Shown piece after piece: positions 18,121-26,261 of a stretch of 44,109 nt of DNA. Under the pieces are notes generated by a model. That model saw nothing but the letters and a program-made list of their open reading frames with translations, had not been told where the DNA came from and did not search any database. The position numbers were made by a program, and so were the translations under genes. Every line of letters begins with the position of its first letter. Positions within the stretch are counted from its first letter, which is position 1. Source of the DNA: a bacterium (GTDB lineage Bacteria; Verrucomicrobiota; Kiritimatiellia; UBA8416); the NCBI GenBank assembly GCA_020048935.1, contig JAIFLS010000146.1, positions 1 to 44,109 of the forward strand, written 5' to 3'.

Positions 18121-19056
18121 ATGCAGGTTTATAATAACGTTCCCGCTTTTGGTGTGTGGGTCAATTACTCCGCCAGCGTGCAGAATATGCGCGATTCGAT
18201 GGGAAAGCTTTCCAGCGGTCTGCGTATCAAGACGGCGGCAGATGATCCGGCTGGTCTGGCAATCAGTGAGCGTATGCGTTCACAGATTCGCAACTCGGGC
18301 ATGGCGGCTCAGAACATCCAGAACAGCATTGCGTTCATGCGCACGGCCGATTCGTGGATGCAGAAGATCCATGACATGCTGCACCGGATGAACGAACTGG
18401 CTGTCTCGTCGAATGACGGGACGAAAACCCAGGTCGACCGCGCCAATCTGCAGGTTGAATTCGAGAACATGCAGGCGGAGATCATCCGCATCACGACTGG
18501 CAGCCTGGCCCGCGGCAAGTTCAACACGGCTAACCTGTTCCAGGATAATGCCGGTTTGATCACCCAGGTCGGTGCCGATCCGGGACAGTTGTTCTGCGGG
18601 GCATCGCTTTCCCTGCACCGCGCGAGCAACGCCGAAATCGGGAGCGCACCGATCGCCTTCTCGTGCGGGCAGTTCACAATCGGTCCTTCGGTTACGGTAA
18701 CCTGGGGGTCTGTGCTCAACGGGGGAACGAATGCGACAGGGACCTTCAACGGCGGCATCAGCATCGAGACGCAGGATGCAGCCATGAAGTCGATCGCAGT
18801 GCTGAAGCTGGCAATCGACCATGTCAGCAACAAGCGCGCAGTACTCGGGGCAGAGGCCAGCCGTCTGAATCACTCCCTGGAAGGTGTCCGCACCTATCAG
18901 GAGAACATGATGGGTGCCGAGAGCCAGATCCGCGACGTGGATATGGCGCTGGAGTCCACCAAGTTCATGAAGTACCAGATCCTGACGCAGGTGGGTACCG
19001 CGATGCTGGCGCAGGCCAATGCCTTGCCTCAGAGCGTGATGCAGTTGATCGGATAA
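18121..19056 (+). CDS. fliC: Flagellin 2 (311 aa)
   Basis: Same conserved flagellin termini and same length as flagellin 1; AAGGAGG RBS. Confidence 0.96.
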   Translation: MQVYNNVPAFGVWVNYSASVQNMRDSMGKLSSGLRIKTAADDPAGLAISERMRSQIRNSGMAAQNIQNSIAFMRTADSWMQKIHDMLHRMNELAVSSNDGTKTQVDRANLQVEFENMQAEIIRITTGSLARGKFNTANLFQDNAGLITQVGADPGQLFCGASLSLHRASNAEIGSAPIAFSCGQFTIGPSVTVTWGSVLNGGTNATGTFNGGISIETQDAAMKSIAVLKLAIDHVSNKRAVLGAEASRLNHSLEGVRTYQENMMGAESQIRDVDMALESTKFMKYQILTQVGTAMLAQANALPQSVMQLIG

Positions 19057-19062
19057 GGACGG

Positions 19063-19110
19063 AAATGGCGGGCCGGTTCCGCACGGGGCGGAACCGGTCT
19101 GCCGTTTTTT
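19063..19110 (+). terminator. Intrinsic terminator after flagellin 2
   Basis: Long GC stem (GGCGGGCCGGTTCCGC / GCGGAACCGGTCTGCC) followed by a T run. Confidence 0.8.
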
Positions 19111-19126
19111 CAGAAAGGATAGGCGA

Positions 19127-19597
19127 ATGACAACGGAAAAACGGGTGGACACCATAGAGGTTAACTCCTTTGAGGAGTACACGCTGTACTCGCTTGATCA
19201 ATCGTCCGGTGCCATTCTTGGCATGATGGATCGCAGCAAGCAGATCGCCTCGCAATGGCCCGATCTGGCGTCGATGTCCTGTCTGCCAGGGTTATGCAAG
19301 GATGTGGCGGCGTTGTCGAGCTACCAGCACTCCCTGAATGTGGCGGTCGGTGACTTTGATGGGGACGCAGGCGGCTCCTGGCTGCGAGCCCGGGACGCGT
19401 TGCAGGCAGTAATGAACGCCTTACAGGATTCGATAAACATCAATGATCCGGATGTTATCAAGCAGATTTTCGGCTTTGCCTTGCCGGGGGCGTTGAATGA
19501 TTTCATGATCGCGATCCCCGGCCTGAAACAACATGTCGCGGGGATGATCAGCGAGGTTCAGCCCGACGTTGTCGCGGGCAATAGCGAAGGGGTCTGA
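19127..19597 (+). CDS. Helical hypothetical protein coupled to maf
   Basis: AAGGA upstream; its stop overlaps the maf start (TGATG). Confidence 0.7.
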   Translation: MTTEKRVDTIEVNSFEEYTLYSLDQSSGAILGMMDRSKQIASQWPDLASMSCLPGLCKDVAALSSYQHSLNVAVGDFDGDAGGSWLRARDALQAVMNALQDSININDPDVIKQIFGFALPGALNDFMIAIPGLKQHVAGMISEVQPDVVAGNSEGV

Positions 19598-21417
19598 TGG
19601 AATCCGAGTGGTTACTGGCGTTGAAAGCGGCGGATGGCGAGGCGGCGGACGTGTTTCTGGATGAACCTCCGGTGCCTGCTGGAGATGATCCGCTTATGGC
19701 TGTCGATGACCCTCTGGGCATCGTCCGCGAGTGGCTTGGTCAATGCGTTCCGACGCCGAATGTCGTAATCGTGCCGGGCGTTTCTCAAATTGTCCTGATT
19801 GAGCCGTTGTTGCAGCTTAAAACCTCGATGAATATTCTAGTTCTCGAGCAGAATGTGAATAAGCTGCGTTGCGCCCTTGATGCCGCCGATAGCCCGGCTC
19901 TGGCCGCAGCGATTCGAGCCGGACGGCTACGGATTGATCCCGGCGAGTCATCTCTATCCACGGCCGAGCGATTTCTTTGTGCTGCCGATTTCTCCCGTTG
20001 TCCCCGAATTCGCCTCCTGGATATACTGCCGGTCAGTTCAGAGGACATGGACATGGCCACGGAGATGACCAAGGATGTCCGCGAATTGATCCGGTTTCAG
20101 GCTTGTGACCTCTCAACCCGGTTGCGTTTCGGTGCCGAATGGCAAGAGCAGACCCTGCTCAATCTGCCCCGGATTCTCCAGCATGCGCCGCTGTCTGCCT
20201 TGTTCAAGCAATTCAAGGGCACGTCGGCTCTGGTTGTGGCGGCGGGGCCATCACTGAACGATGCCATTCCTTTTATCAAGAGATTCAGGAATCGATTCCT
20301 GCTGATCTGCGTGGGACGGGTGAGCACCTTTCTTCAAAATCAGGGGATTGTGCCGGATTTGATTGTTACAGGCGATGGGCAGCATTACGTCAGGGACCAT
20401 TTCAAGAACAAACCGGCGGGGGTGCCGGTTGCCGCCAGTTGCTTTACGGATCCGGCCGTGATTAATAAACTTGATCGTGTCTTTTTCATGGAGTTGGTTT
20501 CAATGCGCCTGCCCGAATGGCTGCGGCCAAAGGTCGGTGAGCAGGGCGAGATCTACCCGGGCGGGAATGTGTCGACGGCAGCTATGTCGGTCGCGGCGGC
20601 ACTGGGTTGCAGCCCGGTTGTGACGGTGGGTTTTGACTTGAGCTATTCTCCTGATGGAAGGACGCATGCGGCAAGCAAGAGCGGGGGCGGTCTGCCTAAG
20701 GGAGAAACGTACTTCGATGTTCCCGGAAACTTCCAGGATACGGTCAAGACGAATCGGCAGATGTTTCACTATATCGGTTTCGCAAAGGAGTTTGTTGCTG
20801 AGCGCCCGGAGGTACGCTTTGTCAATCTCAATACGGCCGGGGCGCGAATCGAAGGTATGGAGATTGCGAGGCACGGGGAACTGGAAAGGTATGCAGGCCC
20901 CGAAATCGATGCCGCACGACGAATCGCGGCCTTATATGAGTCATGCGCCGGGGAGCCTGAACGCTCTGCAACTTGTATCAAAGGCTTGCGGGACGATATT
21001 CCGGTCCTGCAATCGCTGCGGATGGAGTGCATGCAGGCCGCCATGGTTTGTAATCAGATGATCATGCTGATGCGGCGGCCGGGGACGGTAAAAGATCCGG
21101 AAACGGTGTTGCGCGAACATCTTGACCGCGTGGCCCCGGTGGATACCCGGCTCAAGACCGATCCGATTATGGACTTGCTGGAGGCGCGGCTGGAGGGCGT
21201 CTCGAACGCGTTGACCGAGCGCATGGTCTCGCATGAGGAACGGGCCATGTCGCCCGCGGTTCGAAGCCATCGTCGCTGGCGTGATTATTACACCGCGGTT
21301 GCCGATGCCTGCCAGATGTCACAGGGGCTCTTGGAGAACATAGTCTCAAAACTTGAATCGTCGTCCTGTGCGGCGTCTTGCGATAATCCGGGAAAACGAA
21401 TGGAGGTAGCCGTATGA
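19597..21417 (+). CDS. maf: Motility-associated factor (Maf/DUF115) flagellin glycosyltransferase
   Basis: ALVVAAGPSL, GIVPDLIV, GGNVS, LGCSPVVTVGFDLSY, VNLNTAGARIEG; lies between flagellin and fliS. Confidence 0.88.
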   Translation: MESEWLLALKAADGEAADVFLDEPPVPAGDDPLMAVDDPLGIVREWLGQCVPTPNVVIVPGVSQIVLIEPLLQLKTSMNILVLEQNVNKLRCALDAADSPALAAAIRAGRLRIDPGESSLSTAERFLCAADFSRCPRIRLLDILPVSSEDMDMATEMTKDVRELIRFQACDLSTRLRFGAEWQEQTLLNLPRILQHAPLSALFKQFKGTSALVVAAGPSLNDAIPFIKRFRNRFLLICVGRVSTFLQNQGIVPDLIVTGDGQHYVRDHFKNKPAGVPVAASCFTDPAVINKLDRVFFMELVSMRLPEWLRPKVGEQGEIYPGGNVSTAAMSVAAALGCSPVVTVGFDLSYSPDGRTHAASKSGGGLPKGETYFDVPGNFQDTVKTNRQMFHYIGFAKEFVAERPEVRFVNLNTAGARIEGMEIARHGELERYAGPEIDAARRIAALYESCAGEPERSATCIKGLRDDIPVLQSLRMECMQAAMVCNQMIMLMRRPGTVKDPETVLREHLDRVAPVDTRLKTDPIMDLLEARLEGVSNALTERMVSHEERAMSPAVRSHRRWRDYYTAVADACQMSQGLLENIVSKLESSSCAASCDNPGKRMEVAV

Positions 21418-21851
21418 AGGGGTTGCAATATGAATCGCAGAAAGTGCTCTCAGCCTCGCCGATGGAGTTGATCCTGATGCTCTATGATGGCGGGCTGCGA
21501 AGTCTTGAATGGGCATTGGATGCGTTTGGCGAGCCTGACGAACTGAAGCGGATGCAAGCGATTAATACCCATTTGCTCAAGGCGCAGAGTTATATTACCG
21601 AATTGGCCTGCTCGCTGGATATCGAGCAGGGTGGGGAAATGGCCCGATCAATCGAACAGATTTATGAATTCATGATTAATCACCTCATCAATGCCAATAC
21701 ATCCGGCAGCCGTAAGCCGGTTGAGGAGGTTCGCTCGATGCTTGCTGATCTGCGTGACGGTTGGAGGCAGGCAATGGATGCGTTGCCCCGAGACCAGACG
21801 CCGGAACCTGTGGCGGTTGAACGAACGAGCAGTTTCAACTTTTCCGGCTAG
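21414..21851 (+). CDS. fliS: Flagellin chaperone FliS
   Basis: SASPMELILMLYDG, KAQSYITEL.SLD..QGGE.A, IYEFM, LRDGW. Confidence 0.95.
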   Translation: MKGLQYESQKVLSASPMELILMLYDGGLRSLEWALDAFGEPDELKRMQAINTHLLKAQSYITELACSLDIEQGGEMARSIEQIYEFMINHLINANTSGSRKPVEEVRSMLADLRDGWRQAMDALPRDQTPEPVAVERTSSFNFSG

Positions 21852-21860
21852 GATGCTGCC

Positions 21861-22160
21861 ATGCAACGAATGCTTGAACTTGATTATGCGATTCGGGAGG
21901 CACTTGGTGCTCGCGATAGCGAGGCTGTATTGCGGCTTGCCGGCGAGCATTATCAGGCGATTCAAGCCCTGCTTGATAAGCAAAACGGCGTGGTGCGCGA
22001 GCGTCTTGTCCGCCAGGCGGCCGACCTGCTGGCGGAAACGCTCAAGATTGCACGGCAGGTGCGCGAGCATTTGCGGGAAGAATTGAACATGACGGTTCGC
22101 CAGCGGCAGTTGGCAGGAAACCGGCACGATTCCGTTCCAGCCCGGTCCTATCGGGCGTGA
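21861..22160 (+). CDS. Small helical protein, possibly FliT-like chaperone
   Basis: 99 aa, helical, directly after fliS; function inferred from position only. Confidence 0.5.
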   Translation: MQRMLELDYAIREALGARDSEAVLRLAGEHYQAIQALLDKQNGVVRERLVRQAADLLAETLKIARQVREHLREELNMTVRQRQLAGNRHDSVPARSYRA

Positions 22161-22180
22161 ACATTGGAGTCAGCCGCCTG

Positions 22181-22196
22181 TGGCACGGAGGCTGCT
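22181..22196 (+). promoter_or_regulatory. sigma54 promoter
   Basis: TGGCACGGAGGCTGCT, 13 nt before ATG 22210. Confidence 0.8.
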
Positions 22197-22209
22197 TCAT
22201 TTCCGCGTC

Positions 22210-22530
22210 ATGACAGCGTTAGAAAAAAACACAAATCAGTTATATCGACAGAAGTATTTTGTTGAAGAAAGTAACGTGATTCGCTACCGACCACCGTCGG
22301 CGGCCCCTGGCTGTACCAAGGTCTCAACGGTGATTTCGAGGCAATCTGCTCGTGTGTCCGAGATCCGGGTTCCGTTAAACGGCCCCCCGCCCAGTTCCGA
22401 TGCCCAGATCGCGGTGCAGCTTCTCCATAGTGGCGCGGCGCTAAGCGGTATCCGTATCAAATGCCCGTGTGGACGGCATGCGGAATTAGATTTGGATACC
22501 CCTGCCGGCGTTAAAAAGGGGGGGGGATGA
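22210..22530 (+). CDS. Hypothetical protein with C-terminal CPCG motif
   Basis: Follows the sigma54 promoter; GIRIKCPCGRHAELDL; stop overlaps the next start (ATGA). Confidence 0.65.
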   Translation: MTALEKNTNQLYRQKYFVEESNVIRYRPPSAAPGCTKVSTVISRQSARVSEIRVPLNGPPPSSDAQIAVQLLHSGAALSGIRIKCPCGRHAELDLDTPAGVKKGGG

Positions 22531-23297
22531 GCTCCTTGTGTGTTGGCGGTTTACTCCGAGGCGGGCTGATCGTCGGCTTGGCCCTTTCCCTGTGCGGGTG
22601 TGCCACGCGGCAGGGGCGCGATTACGGGAATATCCTCTTTCCTGGGGCAAACTATTTCCAGGTTCAGGTGGTCACGCCGGATGCTTCTCTGGCCTCGCCG
22701 GTACCGATCGCGGATCTGCTGCTGCTGCCACCCGTTGGCGATGTTCCCGAGAACCTGACGGATGGGTTGCAGCTTACGTTGTGGCAGGAACTGCAGCAGA
22801 TCCTGCCGGGTGCGGTTCGGGCCCCGAGGCCGCGCGGGCGCTATGTGCCGTATATGCAAACTTCAAATATACTGATGGACGACGGGCGTCCGGCCATCGA
22901 GGAACTGGTGCGCATCGGGAAGCTGGCGCAGGCATCGCATGTGCTGCTGCCAAGGATTATCGACTACCGGGCCTATCATCCGCAGCGGATTGTGATGGAA
23001 TGGCTGATCGTGGATGTAAATCGCGGCAGGACTCTTTTGCTGCTTGTCGGGGGGCTCGATGTCTCTGAACAGCGCGTTCTGATCAGTGCGGATTCGTACT
23101 TGCGCGAACGCAAGGCAAAGCCCTATAATACGGCCAATCTGGAATTACTGTTGCGTTCACCGCGCGAATTCAACGGTTTTGCCGTGGCGCAAGCGGTGGA
23201 TGCCCTGAGGGGACGTCTCACGCCTGATAAGAGTGATCCATTTAAGCGCGTCATGGAAAGTGCCGAAGTAAGAGAATATCTGAGTGATTTGCAATGA
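22527..23297 (+). CDS. Putative lipoprotein with alpha/beta domain
   Basis: Hydrophobic signal ending in the lipobox-like LSLCG-C; LLLLPP strand; 'IGKLAQASHVLL..I.DY..Y.P' pattern reminiscent of CsgG/TolB-N-like folds. Confidence 0.7.
   Translation: MSSLCVGGLLRGGLIVGLALSLCGCATRQGRDYGNILFPGANYFQVQVVTPDASLASPVPIADLLLLPPVGDVPENLTDGLQLTLWQELQQILPGAVRAPRPRGRYVPYMQTSNILMDDGRPAIEELVRIGKLAQASHVLLPRIIDYRAYHPQRIVMEWLIVDVNRGRTLLLLVGGLDVSEQRVLISADSYLRERKAKPYNTANLELLLRSPREFNGFAVAQAVDALRGRLTPDKSDPFKRVMESAEVREYLSDLQ
23243..23269 (+). promoter_or_regulatory. sigma28 promoter inside the lipoprotein 3' end
   Basis: TAAG-N15-GCCGAAGT, 24 nt before ATG 23294. Confidence 0.7.
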
Positions 23298-23608
23298 ATA
23301 TAATAACGAATAACATGGCTGAGAACGTAAAACCTGATCTTGCCCTCCGCAAATCAGGGCGCGTTGCCAAGAGGTCCTTGTGCCAAAGCGAGGTTGTGAA
23401 ACGAGGGGTGAAGCATGATCAGGACGGTACCTCGGTGATGGGGCGCCTTGTATCTCAGGAAATGCTTCGTGCCAAGCGTGAATACAGCGAGGCCCCTGTA
23501 TCAGCGGATCGTTTGCAGCAGGCTGGCTCAGATCAATTTGATCCGCCTTCGGATGCCGCCCTTGATGTGATTTTTTCCCGTATGGCCGGATTTAGCGCCG
23601 TCGGGTGA
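23294..23608 (+). CDS. Probable divergent anti-sigma28 factor FlgM
   Basis: About 100 aa with a charged N-terminus, own sigma28 promoter plus upstream sigma54 read-through, downstream terminator; only weak resemblance (PVSADRLQQ) to the FlgM C-terminus. Confidence 0.45.
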   Translation: MNIITNNMAENVKPDLALRKSGRVAKRSLCQSEVVKRGVKHDQDGTSVMGRLVSQEMLRAKREYSEAPVSADRLQQAGSDQFDPPSDAALDVIFSRMAGFSAVG

Positions 23609-23632
23609 TCGTGTCCGATATCTATGCTCCCT

Positions 23633-23667
23633 AACGCATCGGCAATTCTTGCCGGTGCGTTTTTTTT
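23633..23667 (+). terminator. Intrinsic terminator
   Basis: AACGCATCGGCAA-ttc-TTGCCGGTGCGTT followed by a T run. Confidence 0.85.
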
Positions 23668-23682
23668 GTGTCCCGCTTCTCA

Positions 23683-23698
23683 TGGCATCCAGGCTGCT
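23683..23698 (+). promoter_or_regulatory. sigma54 promoter of flgFGAH
   Basis: TGGCATCCAGGCTGCT, just after the terminator. Confidence 0.8.
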
Positions 23699-23735
23699 AC
23701 CGTTTTGTGGCAGAGCTTTGAGACGGAGGCAGAAA

Positions 23736-24461
23736 ATGGACGATATGGCGTGTGGACTTCGCAACGTGTATGGCCGCTCGACGCGGCGGCTGCAGATGAT
23801 CGCAGAAAACCTTGCAAATACAAGTACGCCGGGGTACCGGGCGGGCGAAGTAACGGCGCAACCGGTGCGCTCTTTTGAGCGTGTCCTGGATGGTCATGTA
23901 TCGACCAATCGGGAACGCGATGCGACGGATCTGACGCAGGGGGCCATCCGCGCGACAGACCGTCCGCTTGATTTCGCCCTTGTGGGCGACGGCTTCTTTG
24001 TTGTCCGTGATGGCCGAAACGAGTACCTGACGCGCAATGGGGCATTTGAGGCCGCCACCGATGGATCGTTGCTGACCGCTGCCGGTCATGCCGTGATTGA
24101 TGCGAATGGCGCCCCCCTATCGATCCCGGCTGGTGTCGCGCTTGAATCCGTGCATGTCGGCGAGGATGGCGTGTTACGGCAGAAAGACGGCAAGGAAATC
24201 GGACGGTTCATGCTCGAACGTGTTGCCGACGAGCAGGATCTGTCGCGCGTGGGCACGACGCTTTTCCAGGCACCACTCTCCCGGCGTCAGCCGGCGGAGT
24301 CGGTTCGCGTACTCGGGCGTACACTTGAGTCGAGCAACACGGTTGTGTTCCAGGAACTGAGCAGCATGATGCTGCTTACCCGCACGGTGGAGGCGCTGCA
24401 GCGCGCCCAAGGCAATGAAATACAGGCGCAACGGAAAATGATGGATGCGCTTTCGGGTTAA
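23736..24461 (+). CDS. flgF: Basal-body rod protein FlgF
   Basis: IAENLANTSTPGYR, QGAIRATDRPLDFAL.GDGFF, LTRNGAF, LESSN; precedes flgG; GGAGG RBS. Confidence 0.9.
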   Translation: MDDMACGLRNVYGRSTRRLQMIAENLANTSTPGYRAGEVTAQPVRSFERVLDGHVSTNRERDATDLTQGAIRATDRPLDFALVGDGFFVVRDGRNEYLTRNGAFEAATDGSLLTAAGHAVIDANGAPLSIPAGVALESVHVGEDGVLRQKDGKEIGRFMLERVADEQDLSRVGTTLFQAPLSRRQPAESVRVLGRTLESSNTVVFQELSSMMLLTRTVEALQRAQGNEIQAQRKMMDALSG

Positions 24462-24491
24462 AACGAGGGTGATAAGCTAGAGGAGGTAGTT

Positions 24492-25271
24492 ATGCAACGT
24501 GCACTATGGTCTGCCGTTACCGGCATGCGGGCACAGGAAATGTCGTTGGATGTGGTCGCGAATAATCTGGCCAATGTTAACACGACCGGCTTCAAGAATA
24601 GCCGGATTCGCTTTCAGGACATGCTGTACGCGTCCATCGTGATTCCAGGTGCCTCCGGAGCCGATGGCGAGATTGGTGGTGTGCAGGTCGGGCACGGTAC
24701 GCGTGTGGCCGGCGCGGCGCGTTCCTTTACGCAGGGTGCCCTGATCGAGACCGGTAATGCGCTCGATTTTGCAATTGAGGGGGACGGCTTCTTTGAAGTA
24801 ACCCTGCCCGATGGTCAGAGTGCCTATACCCGCGACGGTGCCTTTATCCTCAACGGCGCGGGTGAGGTTGTGACCTCGGATGGTTTCCGTGTGGCCGGGT
24901 TTGACACCGTGGATGCCGGGACGACCGATATGACGATTGCGCGTGATGGGTCGTTCACCGCGATCGTCAATGGGACTCAGGTCACGAAAGGACGTGTGAC
25001 GATTTCGCGCTTCCTGAATCCGGAAGGCCTGCATTCCATGGGCCGAAACCTCTATCTGCAAACAGAAGCGAGCGGGGCGGCGGAGAGCGGACAGGTGCCT
25101 GGTAATAACGGTGTCGGCGGTCTGGCGCAGCGCTACCTGGAAAAGTCGAATGTCAATACGGCGACCGAACTGGTGAATATGATAACGACTCAGCGCGCCT
25201 ACGAGGCAACGTCGAAGGCGATCCGGGCCAGTGACGACATGCTGAGTACGGCGAATAACCTGGCTCGGTAG
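24492..25271 (+). CDS. flgG: Distal rod protein FlgG
   Basis: NNLANVNTTGFK, FQDMLY, AYTRDGAF, LEKSNVN, QRAYE. Confidence 0.96.
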   Translation: MQRALWSAVTGMRAQEMSLDVVANNLANVNTTGFKNSRIRFQDMLYASIVIPGASGADGEIGGVQVGHGTRVAGAARSFTQGALIETGNALDFAIEGDGFFEVTLPDGQSAYTRDGAFILNGAGEVVTSDGFRVAGFDTVDAGTTDMTIARDGSFTAIVNGTQVTKGRVTISRFLNPEGLHSMGRNLYLQTEASGAAESGQVPGNNGVGGLAQRYLEKSNVNTATELVNMITTQRAYEATSKAIRASDDMLSTANNLAR

Positions 25272-25295
25272 ATATGAAGCGGGAAAGGATCAGCA

Positions 25296-26261
25296 ATGAA
25301 AGAAATGACTAGACCGATAGGCAGGGCGCTATTGCTGGGGGCATTGTGCACGACTGCTTGCCGGCCGTCGCAGGCGCAGGTGGTGTACATGGTGTCAGCC
25401 GCGACGATTGATGGCTCCATTATCCGCTTGCGGGATGTGGTGGTTCAGGCGGATGCGTTACCGGAGGGGTGGGGGGGGCGGGTTGTAGGCAATGCGCCCC
25501 AGCCCGGCGGTGGTAGGACGCTTGGGTTGGGCTCGATTGCCGCCGCGCTGCATAGCTATGATGATATGCATGATGTGGAGTTGCGTGGCCAGCCGGAGAT
25601 TCGCCTTACGGTTCGTGCGAAATCCGTCGACGCGGATATGCTTGACCGTGTGATTGCCGAATACCTGGATCAGCGTCCGGAATTGGGGGGGCGCCGGTTG
25701 CGCGTTGCGCGTGAACAATTGCCCGTCGTGCAGGGTGGGGAAACGATCACGAATGCCGTTGTCATGGGCATTCGCGAGGACAGCCAGCGCGTCGCGTTGA
25801 TACGACTCGAAGGACCAGACTACCGGATGCCGGCAGAAGGGGTTGTGGAGTTCCCCTTGAATGAGCTGCAAGCCTACTGGATGGTTGTACGCCCGCTGCT
25901 GCGTGGCGCCACGCTGGCGGACGGCGATATCGCGGAAAAGTGGATTCCGGCCGAGGAGGGGGCTCGCTACTATCCGGTGTCGGATCGGATTACCGGGATG
26001 GAGATACGACGGAATCTGCAAACCGGACAGCTTCTTCAGATGGGGGCGCTGGCGGATCCCGTTTTTGTGAAACGCGGTGAGATCGTGAGTGTGCTTTTTG
26101 ACCAAGGCGGGTTGTCGGTAACGTTGCGGGCCCGCGCGTTATCGGATGGACGTCGTGCGGAACGGATTGCATGTGTGAATGAACGTTCAGGACGACGGAT
26201 GTATGTGCGTCTGGTCGATGTGCGTGAGGCGGTATACGAATCTGAAGGAACAGGGGGGTGA
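25296..26261 (+). CDS. flgA: P-ring assembly protein FlgA
   Basis: Signal peptide, C-terminal SAF region, VKRGEIV, RARALSDG, VNERSGR; between flgG and flgH. Confidence 0.88.
   Translation: MKEMTRPIGRALLLGALCTTACRPSQAQVVYMVSAATIDGSIIRLRDVVVQADALPEGWGGRVVGNAPQPGGGRTLGLGSIAAALHSYDDMHDVELRGQPEIRLTVRAKSVDADMLDRVIAEYLDQRPELGGRRLRVAREQLPVVQGGETITNAVVMGIREDSQRVALIRLEGPDYRMPAEGVVEFPLNELQAYWMVVRPLLRGATLADGDIAEKWIPAEEGARYYPVSDRITGMEIRRNLQTGQLLQMGALADPVFVKRGEIVSVLFDQGGLSVTLRARALSDGRRAERIACVNERSGRRMYVRLVDVREAVYESEGTGG

Noticed and set aside
18280-19182. 300-aa - strand ORF
   Set aside because: Antisense shadow of flagellin 2; similar shadow ORFs occur opposite flagellin 1.
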